This document shows positions 41,001 through 52,689 of a stretch of 64,000 nt of DNA, piece by piece. The notes beneath the pieces were generated by a model, which ran no database searches, was not told the DNA's origin, and saw nothing but the letters and a program-made list of their open reading frames with translations. The DNA comes from Ptychomitrium polyphyllum. Lineage: Eukaryota. The DNA is taken from the NCBI GenBank assembly GCA_973851085.1, contig OZ316776.1, positions 2,046,001 to 2,110,000 on the forward strand, read 5' to 3'. The number at the start of each line of letters is the position of its first letter. Position 1 is the first letter of the stretch. The position numbers and the translations under genes were made by a program.

Positions 41001-44000
41001 GTCGCCTTGAAAAAGGAAGTATGCTGAGCAGCAAAAAGGGCCTGATTTTGATGCAGTTTCCCTTAAGGTTCAGAGGCTTTGGATCATAAACGCTGAAGCC
41101 TGGGATCATAAAGGAATGGGCTCTTGGGAAGGCGCAACGTCAGGTGACGCAGCAGGGCTCTTGAATGAGGTTGGATGAAACCACATTACCAAGCACCTCG
41201 AATCACTGCACGTCAGATATGTAGAGAGATTAATCAATTGGGTTGCTTGAAGTCGAGTACCGGAGAGTCTGAGTTTGTCCCTCAGTTCCTTTACTTTCCT
41301 TCTTCTAATCATCACAGCTCTGGCAAGGCCGTTGGACAACCCCTTGGCTGCCTTTATGGAACTTATGTCAAAATGCATGTGTACTAGGTAGTACTATTCA
41401 CGCTCTCATCGAAAGTCCATCAAGGCACCCAATATGAGCTGGGGCGAGGAAATTTTACTGGCAGTAAATAAGGCATTTCATGCTTCGCCTTGGACATTCA
41501 CCAAATTGCCCTGTTATCCACTGCCCCGGTAAAAGCATTGCAAAGACCCCATATCATCCAGAAGGAATGTTGGAACAGGCTTGAGGCATGGCTTCATCAA
41601 TGCCGGGCAGCAATCCATCCCAGTGCATAGGGCTGTTAGTGATCCATCTCCTTCCCTGAGACATGTAGAGTTCCATGGAGAAATACACTCATATTCCTTT
41701 TAACCCCTAAAGAATAGGACCCTTTTCTCAAAAGTCGCTCTTTCTCTTGATATATCATAGGTGTGAATGAAACTGAGATGTGAAAGTTTTAACCATGGAA
41801 TATTATACTAAACTCTGTCGTAAGTGGTGTGAATCAATTCTGAAGTCATGAAGATTATTGAAAGATTGAAAGATTATTATTACATAACATTGAAAAGCAA
41901 TTTCCAAACCTAGCAAATGGAATTTTAGAGTTGGAATTTTAGTTTTAAATCTATTCCAAGAAAAAACAACTTTGAACTAGAAAGTTGTTCAAAATTAGTC
42001 TTGTAATGTCAAAGTAATGACCTAAATTTTACAAAGAAGATGTCTAAAATTGTCTTTACTTGTGTTAAAATACCTGCCAAATCTTTACAACATCTTGAAT
42101 CATAATTAGAATCTTACACAACAATTAAACTTAATTTGAAATTCAATCCAACAATGTTTTTTGACATTGAGCACTGGATAAAGCAAAACGGCTCTTCGAA
42201 GTTTTAGTCATCCAAAAGTAACAAAATTGGTAAGTTACTGCCCTTAGGGATTAGTTTCACGCTCTTGGATATCACAATTCCATAATATTACCAAGATTTT
42301 GGGAACGGGCATGCGTAGTTCAAAATCCCGCGCTTATGTCACTGTCACACTCTCGAACAGCACAATAAATAGAATATTAATGAATAAATATGGAAGATTA
42401 TCATTCAGGTTAAGTGAAACAGACGTTATTCAGAGTTTGCAAGATTGCATCAGTTTCCGCTTCTCTTTTCCTGTGCCTCCAAAGATTGTGTAAGCTATGA
42501 GAGTGGGAATAAATTAATTTTTTCTAAGCTGGAAAGTTTTCTAAATTTTACATGCTTTGATCACTTGGAGTCTAGGTTTGTGATGATCTGGGTGGACATT
42601 GGCTTGTCTACAGGTTGTGAGAAATTGTGTTAACTTGCAGGGAACTTAGAAGCAATTTACAAAGTTCCCACTGCTTGTTGAGATTTTGAGGTTAGATTGT
42701 GGACTTAATTGACCAGATTATTGTTTTGGTCTACAGTTGATCCACATCAGTGATAAGGTGTAAGATTTTGTAGTGTAGACTTCAATTTGGGTTGTTGCTC
42801 TTTGCTGCTGCAACTTAAAATTTTGGTGATTTTAGGGAAAGCCATGCTTGACAATGGTCTTTATTCCTTAATACCACACTTTACTGTGTTACTCAATATT
42901 ATCACAATTCTATAATGGCACCACGATCCAAGGGCGCAGGGGTGTAATATTAAAGGGGTTGCACTGTACTTGGCTACAGTCATGGCAGATTGAACATAGA
43001 TCATACATATAATCCACTTTATTATGGAAGATGAGTTTCATAAGCACATGCATTGCTCTGTGATGGTGAGCATTGTGTAGGGAATGTGAAAGTTGGTGGA
43101 AATCAAGGACTTAACTCTTTAGTGCCTAATTAACCAGTAAGATCATTGAAAATTGCGATTGCATAAAATCTATGAGGAATTAAGATTGAATTTTGTGAGG
43201 TTTAGATTTGTGGACTTTTGAAACTAATTTATTCTCAGAATTATTTTAGAGTTGTATAACTATCAAAGTAAGGTCGATTAAATATAAGAAATACTTATAA
43301 AAAAAAGGATACCTATAAATACAACATTTATTCTTTGTGGTATTTTGCAATAAGAACTTAACAATTGACTTTGTATTTTCCTGCTATTGTTGCCTTACTA
43401 TCAATCTTTTACTACATATGCTCCAATTATCTTGTCCATGTTTCAAAATTTCATTAATAAATATTTGGAGTTCTTCTGTTCATTTTATATTCTTTGGTTA
43501 TTGTTAGTTCAAAGTTCATAATTAGTTTTATAAATTTACATTTCTTGCCTGAGTCTTGTTGTTAGAGAGCTTGCAAGTTGATACCCTTTATAAAACCAAA
43601 TCAACATCATTTGTAAGACATTTCCCAAGATATTATTGATTAATAAAGTTACATTCATTTACAAATATGTATTTTTATATAATAAGATATACTTTATATA
43701 CAAGTTATAATCTCCACTTCTAACATTGTGATGGAGGTGAGTTTTTGCCAAAAACATGAGTCAATAATACAAGTATAAATTTCAAAAAACTCATATTAAA
43801 ATTAGAATTTACAAGTTACACAACACATTGTTTAAAAATCTAAAATAATCTAATTTTGCTTAAAATCCTTATAGGCACCAAACTGTTGAGAGCATGATTC
43901 TATGTGGAACTTTCCATCACAATTAAAGTGGAATATTCACAATAAAAGATTGCAATGATAAGTTTTTTTCTTTGTTTGTTTACTATTAGAAGTAAATCAA

Positions 44001-44540
44001 TGTCTAGTTTGGAAATAGTTTATAATAACAAAAGATATCCTATAGTAGAGAATCTAAAGTGGATCTTTCATAAAGATGTCATACAAAGCAATTTTTAAAA
44101 TCCCAATTTTCCTATTTTTCACACTTATTAGGATATATTACCACCAAAGATCCATAACTATCAATTATTAAAGACAAATTAATAATAAAATAGGGCTTTA
44201 AATCTTCACGATATGGAATAATTAAGGTATTTCTAAGGTATATTAGAAGCAAAGATATAGTAATAAGACTATGAAACTTGAGTTAGACCACAAGAGGTTT
44301 CTTGTTAAGTCCAAATATCTCTTCAACTTTAACTCCTATATAAATCAAGAATTACAAATTTTAGAAGCTTTTTGAAAAGCTTCAAATACAATGTTTTGTA
44401 TTCAATCAAGCTTGGATTGCATCACTAGAAGCTACTTTAGCCTTCTTAAACCTTCTAAGAACCTTTTTAAAAGCTTCTAATATATATTTTTGTAACATCA
44501 ACTCATCTTTTACATTTGACAAGTATATTGCAATAAATGC

Positions 44541-44767
44541 TCAAAATCGTAGAAAGTCAAAAATTTGTAGCATAGTATCTATAACATATTCCAATTGCTG
44601 TTCATAATTCAAATGATTCATGGATCTTTACAACCATTGCTAGTGACCAGCGCCTTCTACTTAAAACTAAGCTTGAACTTTGTATCTTTATTGTGAAAGC
44701 ATCTTTCAAACACCGCTTTTATATGGCCTTCATGAATAAGCTCTACTTCAAAGACAATCACCAACAA
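44541..44767 (-). pseudogene. Decayed extra ORF downstream of pol in element A
   Basis: LLVIVFEVELIHEGHIKAVFERCFH, then a frameshift, then VEGAGH*QWL*RSMNHLNYEQQLEYVIDTMLQIFDFLRF*. Both blocks align without gaps to the extra ORF of element B. Confidence 0.65.
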
Positions 44768-46896
44768 TCTATTGTTAAGTAATCTTTAATGTCTTCTTGG
44801 CCCAATTCATTTGTTGTCTCAAGTTGTCAACATGAACCATTTAATTGAGATGATACCATTGGCATGATATTTACATCTTGATTATTCATATTTAATATAC
44901 TAAATTAATCTCAAGGAATTATAATAAATTCAAAATAAAAATAACCAAATTCTATGTCATATATGGAGCTTAAAATTTATATTATAGGAATTTCTTTTTC
45001 TCCTACTTAAAAAGTCCAAGAACCAAGAATCTTCAAGGTTATATTACATTATTGAGTCACTATTTCTTGTATTACTACTCTGGGTTTGAAAGGATGATCA
45101 TCAATTTTTACAATTGGTAGTAGTAGCTATCTTTGTCCAATGATAGTTGATTCTTTATAGGCTTTTAAAAATGAAACGTAGAAGACTAGATGTGCCTTCA
45201 TTAATGCTGGCAGCATCAAATAATATCCCATGTGGTTGATTTTTTTTTCAATTATAAATGATTCCAACTTGCCCTAGTCCAACTTGTTGCATGGCTTATT
45301 GGTTTTTATATTAGATCAAAAGTGCCACACTTCCTCACGAACTTGAAATGTAAGTTGTTCCTACTTTATTATATGTGCTGTTGTTTTGTATTATTTTTGA
45401 ACTTCTTTTAATTGAATCTTCATGGTTGTTTGAAGCTCTGCCATTTTTGTAATAAATTCTTCTATTATTAGATTCTTATATTGTAGAGGTTGTAATATCT
45501 CCATCTTTGTTTGGACATCCGTTTAAAAATGGAAGGCAAAAGAAAATTTGATGTTTATCTTAATGATTTTAAAATGTGACTTCCAAAACCTTATTATGAA
45601 TTGTGGCCCACAATTTGGTATAATATTGTTAGATAGTCCATGATAGCGGTTGACATTATCCATAAAGAATATAGCAGTTTCTTTGCTTGTAGTTGTTTTT
45701 ACAAAATACAAAATGTGTTATCTTGCTCAACCAATCCATCCCTACAAAGATGGTATTAAAAGAATTCAAGAACAGAAGATTTGTGATGAAATCCTATAAA
45801 AATAGATGACCACAATTGCTTTAGAATAGGTAGTGGTTGAAAAAGTCTTAATAAGTAGTGTTGAAGATTTTTGGACCGAAAATATATTTCACATAAAAGT
45901 CAAAATTCTTTAATGGCCTTCTAGATCTAAGGCTACCAAAGATCAAGAGAGAAGAATTTCAAAGTCTTATTGAATCCAAAATGTCCAAAAAATCATGTCA
46001 TGTTTGAAATACAAAAAGGTGGATTGGTCTTTTAAAAACATATAGGCCTTCTTTGAAATATAAGAGGTTGTCTTTGAATTTGAACTTAAATACATTTTGA
46101 AGAAGATTGTTGGAATGATGTTTGATATTAAGTACGAGGAGATCCGTGATAGATTTCACACAAACTTGGTATAAATCTATCGAGGTTGAAACAATAATTG
46201 TGCAAATAAAAAATTGTTTAAATCTATTGAGGTTGAAACAATAATTGTGCAAATAGAAAATCGTTTAAGCATCAATAAAGTTGTTTATTGTTGATCGTGT
46301 GTTTCATTTTCTTGCTTTGGCACAAGATATGAGTGTATGGACAAAGCATCTAACAATCCCTGTTGTTTTCCATATTAATATGTGATCTAAAATCAATTTG
46401 AAATAGAAGCATATTCCAACGAGTTTGGCAACAATTCAAGACACAAGTTAATATCAAATATTTAAAACTTTTGTAATTAAACAATCATTGGATGGATGGC
46501 ACTTCAAACAAGTAGCGCCATTCTTAGAAGAAATCCACAATTGCAAAAGAGCTTCTTGTTGTGGATTTCATAGTTGGATTTTGCAATTGAAAATTTTCTA
46601 GAATATAATGCCACTGGGTGGAGTTTTCCTACTTCTTTTAATTGTGACAAAATTGCTTCTAATGAAAAATTAGAAGCATCCGTCTTTATATAAAATGGTT
46701 TCAAAAAGTTTGTATGGACCAGAATACAAGCCATGGTAAGAAGTCTCTTTAGATTTTAACATGCATTCTTAGCATTAAATCTCCGCTCAAGCTTTTCCTC
46801 GAATATTAAATGCATGCGTGGAATGGCTATTTGGAAATAGTCTTTGATGAAGATCCTATAAAATTTTGCTAATTTAAAAAAACATTGAACATCACA

Positions 46897-48416
46897 TTCT
46901 CGTGGTAAAAGTAGTAGCTATAAGAAATAAAGGAAATTTCTTAGCATCTAATTGATCAAGGTCAAGATGCATGAAGAGTTTCTATTTTTAACATCCAATA
47001 AAGCACATACTCTACCCCAAATTTTCCCTCTACGCTGCTTTAAAAATCTTGAATGTTAAATATGTCATAACCTCTAGCAAAATAATTCAAAGCTTTTAAA
47101 ATTTTAATAAAATCTTATTGAAACATTTAGTATGTTATATATAAATTTTGATTACTAAATCCTTAGTACCCTCTAAAATCCATAACCTCAAAGTTTACAT
47201 TCTTCATTGCTATAGCTCCTATACCCCTATTACTTTAACACTTTATAACTCTCTTTTTATTACAAACTCAAATTTTAAACTTTGTGTACATAATACATAT
47301 CTTATAACAAAAACCTTGTCAAAAAATTAACCTTAGAAATCCCTTCAATCATCTACAATGACCCAAATTGTACAATTCCAAATTCTACTATACATTGCCT
47401 TCTAAGTCCCGGTTGCAATTTTCTTTGTATCTTCTATTCAAAAAGTCCAATGCTCACCAAATTTTGATGCCATATTTTCAAAGTAATCTATACCTTTCCT
47501 TCAAAATTTCACATACAAAAAATGTTTCTACAAGAAGTTACAAACATTCAAATAGCTGCCCTCAGAAACTTAAGGCAGCTAAATTAACTTTATTCAAACT
47601 AAAGCCACGACCACATAATAACTCCAAATGGAGCGTGTGATGGCTTTTTGAAAAGCTTACAAAGAAAAAAAAAAAACCTAATAAAAACAAACTCAAACTA
47701 AGAAGTATACTATGAGATCTCACTCAAAGAAGGCTGCCTTGTTATTCTAGTGGGAGAGGCCGAGAGAGAAGAAGAGGGCGGTGGTCAAACCGCCACATCT
47801 ATCCCTTATCACTCCACATCAGCTATATCTCTCAACATCATCCCCTAATCTTCTTTATCAGATCCTTATCTAACCATAACTTCAAATTAAAAACAACCTA
47901 AATCCTTTTTTTTTGCTTTCCTTTATTTTCTTTTTTTTTGTTGAAACTTTTTGGTTCCAACTACAAAGAAGATAAAATTAACCCTCACAAATCTAAAACA
48001 AAAACTAAAAAAACTAAAATAAATTAAAAAAAGTAAGAAAAAGATTGAAATTTAACAAGAAAGAGGTTAAGAATAAAACCATTGTCGAGGTAGGATCAGA
48101 TACCAAGTCATGAACTTGGTTGACTAAATAAATTCCAGTTAATAAACCGGTCCAAATTCGATTCTTGTCGGATTTGCTGGGTAGAACGGCAACACTTGAC
48201 TTGAACTGCTAGTGAAAATGGCAGGCAGGAAAAAATACACAGTCAATCGGCCTAATCACCCTGACCTAAGACAAGATGCAGTTTCACTTCCAAGACAAAT
48301 AAAAATTGTGGTTTTACCACAATTCTATTTTAATCTAATTTTATTTTTTTTCTAATACTCTTTTCATATACACCAAATAACAAATACTACTCAAGTTTTA
48401 AACTATACAATTAAAT
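46897..48416. mobile_element. Unclassified ~1.5 kb non-coding insertion in pol of element A
   Basis: Interrupts the RT/RNase H junction and is flanked by the direct repeat ACATCACA (46889-46896 and 48417-48424). Confidence 0.5.
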
Positions 48417-50934
48417 ACATCACAACAACGTACCAATTTTGGCCACGTTCAATTGCTCATAAATTTGACTTTTTTTAAATCCATCAATAGCTCTTTATTA
48501 GAGATGATATAGCCAAGGAATTCTACTTGAGGCTTGTAAAAAACACATATTTCTACCCTGGCATACAATCTAGTTTTGTAGCTTTTGTAAGACTATACAT
48601 ACATGTCATTTATGCTCCTTTGGATTTTTTGAGTAAATCAAGATATTATTTAAATAAAATACAACAAGGTCATTATGGTACTTATAAAATATATCCTTCA
48701 TCAATTATTGGAAAATAGCACGTACATTGATTAGTTGAAAAGGCATGACATTGTATTCAAAATATCCATATTTTTTTGAAATGTTGTCTACTATTTATCT
48801 CCTTTGTTGATGAAAACAAATTTATAGGCCCTTTACAAATTTATTTTGGTATAAATCTTTGTTTGGCCAAATTGATCAACAAATCCAAATATTAGTGCCA
48901 ATGGATATTGGTTCTTCACCATCATTTTATTGAAGCCCCGGTAATCAATACACATTTGTGAAGATGCAATTTTTTTCTTTATAATAAGTATTAAAGCACC
49001 AGTATGAAACTTTGAATGTCAAATAAACTTTTTGGATAAGTTTTTATCAATATATTTCCTCAATGCCTAAAGCTCATTTAAAAACAAGTTATAGATAAGT
49101 TCAAATGATGGTTGAGCGCCATCTTAGAGGTCAATGGCACAATTGTAGGGATGATATTCTGGTAGGATGTCTGCATTTTTTTAGAATGATTAATGATGAA
49201 GCCACCTCTTTGGGTGTTGAAATCGCATAAACAGTAAACAAAGTGCCATTTTTTGCCACCCTCATAAATGCTGTAATTCCAATAAAGAAAAGCTTTATGA
49301 TCTTAGATCTGTGCAATATATGAGTTTTTTCTTTAGGTTTAATTATTACAGATTCATAGTGTAAGAAATTATATTTTACAAGGTACCTAATCTATATGCA
49401 AGTTGTACTTTTAAAGCCAAGAAAGCCTCAAAATGATGGGACCTAATGGAAGTCTAATGACATTAAATACCACTTATTTACTATGGTTGTTTAACGTTAT
49501 TTTTAATGGAATAAGATTATAAAAAACATCTTTAGATGAATTTGAACTTTTTAATCAAAAGAAACTTATGGATTTTCAAAAATTCTTCATCAATAAAATA
49601 TACAAAAGCTTCCAAATTCAACAAAACAAAGCTTTTGAGTTTCAAAACATCCAAAAAGGTAGGTATGGTAAAACAAGAAGAAAGATAAATTGATAGTACA
49701 AGATTTTATTTTTCTTGCAAATGAAGAAGTTTCAGCCACACAATCTTTATTGTGGCTAAACATCTTCATTATTCTATAAATAATTTGATGTTGTGATTGT
49801 ATTACACATTTAATATATATGTAGGGATTTTTTGGTACAATGATCAACCTTGTGGCCAGGTTTTCTACAAAACAAGCACAAGCCTTCTTCCTTTGAACAC
49901 TTCTTGTATTCAATAAGAAATTTGAAACAAACTGCATCAAATTGCCTGGTCTCTTTTTCCAAATGTTCATCGACAGTAGATAGGCCCAAGGCTACCAAGA
50001 AATTGGTATATGACCGTAGAATAATCAAAGCCTAATTATCTTATTGACGTTGAAATAGTTGGTTATTATACTTAAGAACTTAGCTGATAGCCTCATTAAG
50101 TATATGGAGATTAGGCACGGACAACAATAAGTCTTTAATTTCATCATATACACTTCAATTAAGCCCCAATAAAACTGACTCATTAAAGCTTATTCTTTCC
50201 AATTAATGTCGCATGCAAGTTTTTAAAATTCTAATGCATAGATTGACGTCAAATGTGGCCCTTGGCACAAATAAAGAATCTTAGTGGTTGCAATACAAAG
50301 CTTCTTATGGTCACCAAATGCTTCTGCAAATGCAGCTAGGAATATATCAAAGTTGCTAAGTACGGAAGAATTCTTCTAAAAAATTAATGCAAACTAAAAT
50401 AATGTTTGTTTTGAAAGCAATATTTCCACCAAACCAACGCTTGTAGCATTTACAGGATATCATTGAAGTTGGAACAAAGTAACTAGTTGAAATTGATTTA
50501 TAGAACTTCAAAGTTTTAATTGCATACTGTTAGGGACACAGGAGATAAGAAGCAGAAACAAAGTGTTTTCAAAAAATTAGCTTCCAAAGAGCTAATGATT
50601 AACAAGAATTTGATACAAAGACTAGAACAAGGCAGGATTCAAGATGATCTACAACTTATATTGGCAAGACTAAGAAATACCTTGTCTTGCCTCCTATTTA
50701 TACTATGACGTTTGTATCTCCTAGGATACTTCTAAAGAAGCTTCTTAGAAGGCTTAAGAATGTTCTGGAAGTCTAGGAAACCTTCCCAAGAAGTTTTCTA
50801 AGATGTTAGAACCTTCATAAGAAACTTCCAAGGAGTTGGAGCCTTCCTTGAAAGTTTCCTAAGGCAGCGGAACCTTTCTAGGAAGTTTCCTAAGGTGATG
50901 GAATCTTCATAGGAAGTTTTCTAAGATGATAGAA

Positions 50935-51849
50935 TGTCGCAACCCTTGTAATGCACCTTAACAAATGTCACGCGCGTCAACCATGTATACCCCCACATGC
51001 ACATGGTTAACCCCGATTTTCACTCTCCAAATCCCTCTACTATTTCTCTTAGGACATCCAAATGATTAGTAGCCAATGGTTAAGTGCGGACTTCCATTCA
51101 TGTCCAAGGCCTCACTTGGTGTTACTCCCATTCCACACGACCTAACCGCATTTAGTAATGTCTCCTCACCACCACTCATGATCTCCATGTGATCCTAAGA
51201 TCACCCTAAGCCATCATGGTACCAATGTGAAGACACCACCCCAACTTAGTGGTAACAAACGTGCCCTTGTTATCTCACTAGTTCCCTTTGAAAAACCGGT
51301 CATCTACCTGCTCACAATGGTGTGGGAGTCCCCGTGGTGAAGCCCCAATACTAGTTCCACCAACCAGGACACTAGGTGAGTGGGGAGGGGGATCAGCCCT
51401 CCCTTATAGTACTCTCTATGGAATTTGGTAGGCTCTCTGGCCCTTTGTAGCTGGCTAAGCCCAAATACATCCAAACTTTTGGAAGACTACCCGATCTCCC
51501 TTGGAACTTAGCCGCTGGAAGGCTCTAGGACTTCCTGCGGACCTTCAGGGAGCCATATCTTCTATTTTTGGTGTTCAAATCAATCAAGCAACAACTCTAT
51601 CGTCATTTACTCTTCACGTAGATGCTGATAGACTCCTTATACGTCCGATTTGACTTATTATTCTTGGAGATATTCCTCTCCCAAGGTTCAAAACTCCCAG
51701 CGAGTCCTTCCTTGGACTGCCATAGTCCAGAACAGCCTCTTGGCGACCCCAACTTTGGGATGCCATATCTTTGAGCTCCCTTGTCCGATTTACGAGGTCC
51801 TCTTTGTGCCCATATGTTGCGGGAACTCCTCGAGGAGAGGTGCGCGACA
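50935..51849. mobile_element. Solo LTR (family 'C', 915 bp) inserted in the 3' LTR of B
   Basis: TGTCGC...GCGACA termini and a perfect 5 bp TSD TAGAA/TAGAA. Reverse-complement homolog of 58652-59796. Confidence 0.88.
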
Positions 51850-52004
51850 TAGAACCTTCCTAGGAAGTTTTATAAGGTGGAAGAACTTTTCTAGGAAGCT
51901 TCTTAAGAACATGGAAAGGCTATGGAGACATTTAAAAGTATTCTAAGAAGCTATTATAGTATACTAGAAGGTTCTAGAATGTTCTAAGGATTATGTTGCA
52001 TGAT

Positions 52005-52511
52005 CTATGTCCGTGACATCACTTCCCCATTTAGCGACAAGTCCCATGAGGAGCTCTTTTCTTGGATTGCTTGTTACATTTCTACAAATTCCAAAATTTG
52101 TCGAAGAAGTGAAGCAACATATTGTGTTCGTTGTTTTTTGTTCATTGGTTCAACTGGTTCTTGCAAGAAGCACCGATGACCACCAGCCAAGACTTCTGTT
52201 GTTGAAATGTTCCATCCCAAGATCTCATCTTGATTAAGTCCTTCAAAACATCCTCCAAACAAGAATTCGGGTCCTCCAAGAGTGACTCTTCCAATTTCTA
52301 ACAAAATGACTAGAGCGCGAGCATCTGAATCAAGACTGGAATGTGAAGGGCGACTAGTCAATACTTCTGCACGAGGTCGTACTCGACGTTGGGATGTCCC
52401 TCCCATATCTTGACTTAGATCTTCTGTTCTCGAGGGCTAAGAAAGTTGAATTGGCTCAATAGATGTTGTTGTTGATGAAGGCACGGCCAATTGCTCTTCG
52501 CGCATAACCAT
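52005..52511 (-). pseudogene. Extra ORF (~168 codons) between pol and the 3' LTR of element B, with two in-frame stops
   Basis: MVMREEQLAVPSSTTTSIEPIQLS*PSRTEDLSQDMGGTSQRR...ALVILLEIGRVTLGGPEFLFGGCF...VLAGGHRCFLQEPVEPMNKKQRTQYVASLLRQILEFVEM*QAIQEKSSSWDLSLNGEVMSRT*. Each internal stop is one C>T change from a Gln codon. Confidence 0.65.
52019..52032 (-). other. Polypurine tract of element B
   Basis: AAATGGGGAAGTGA immediately before the TGTCACGG start of the 3' LTR on the minus strand. Confidence 0.75.
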
Positions 52512-52689
52512 GATAACACAAATATTTGACGTAGTAGCTAGGATCTAGAGATGATGTATCTTGGAAATAATGCTACATACAATTGGAGGTTTGGATATCT
52601 TTCCTCCCTTCTTATACTTGTCTATGAAAGAAAAACTTTTCTGTAAAGCTAACGGCTACTAATGACACATCATCACTGACCTGGTTTCT

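Noticed and set aside
46173..46266. 47 bp tandem duplication inside pol of element A
   Set aside because: Real, but an ordinary post-insertion mutation in a dead element.
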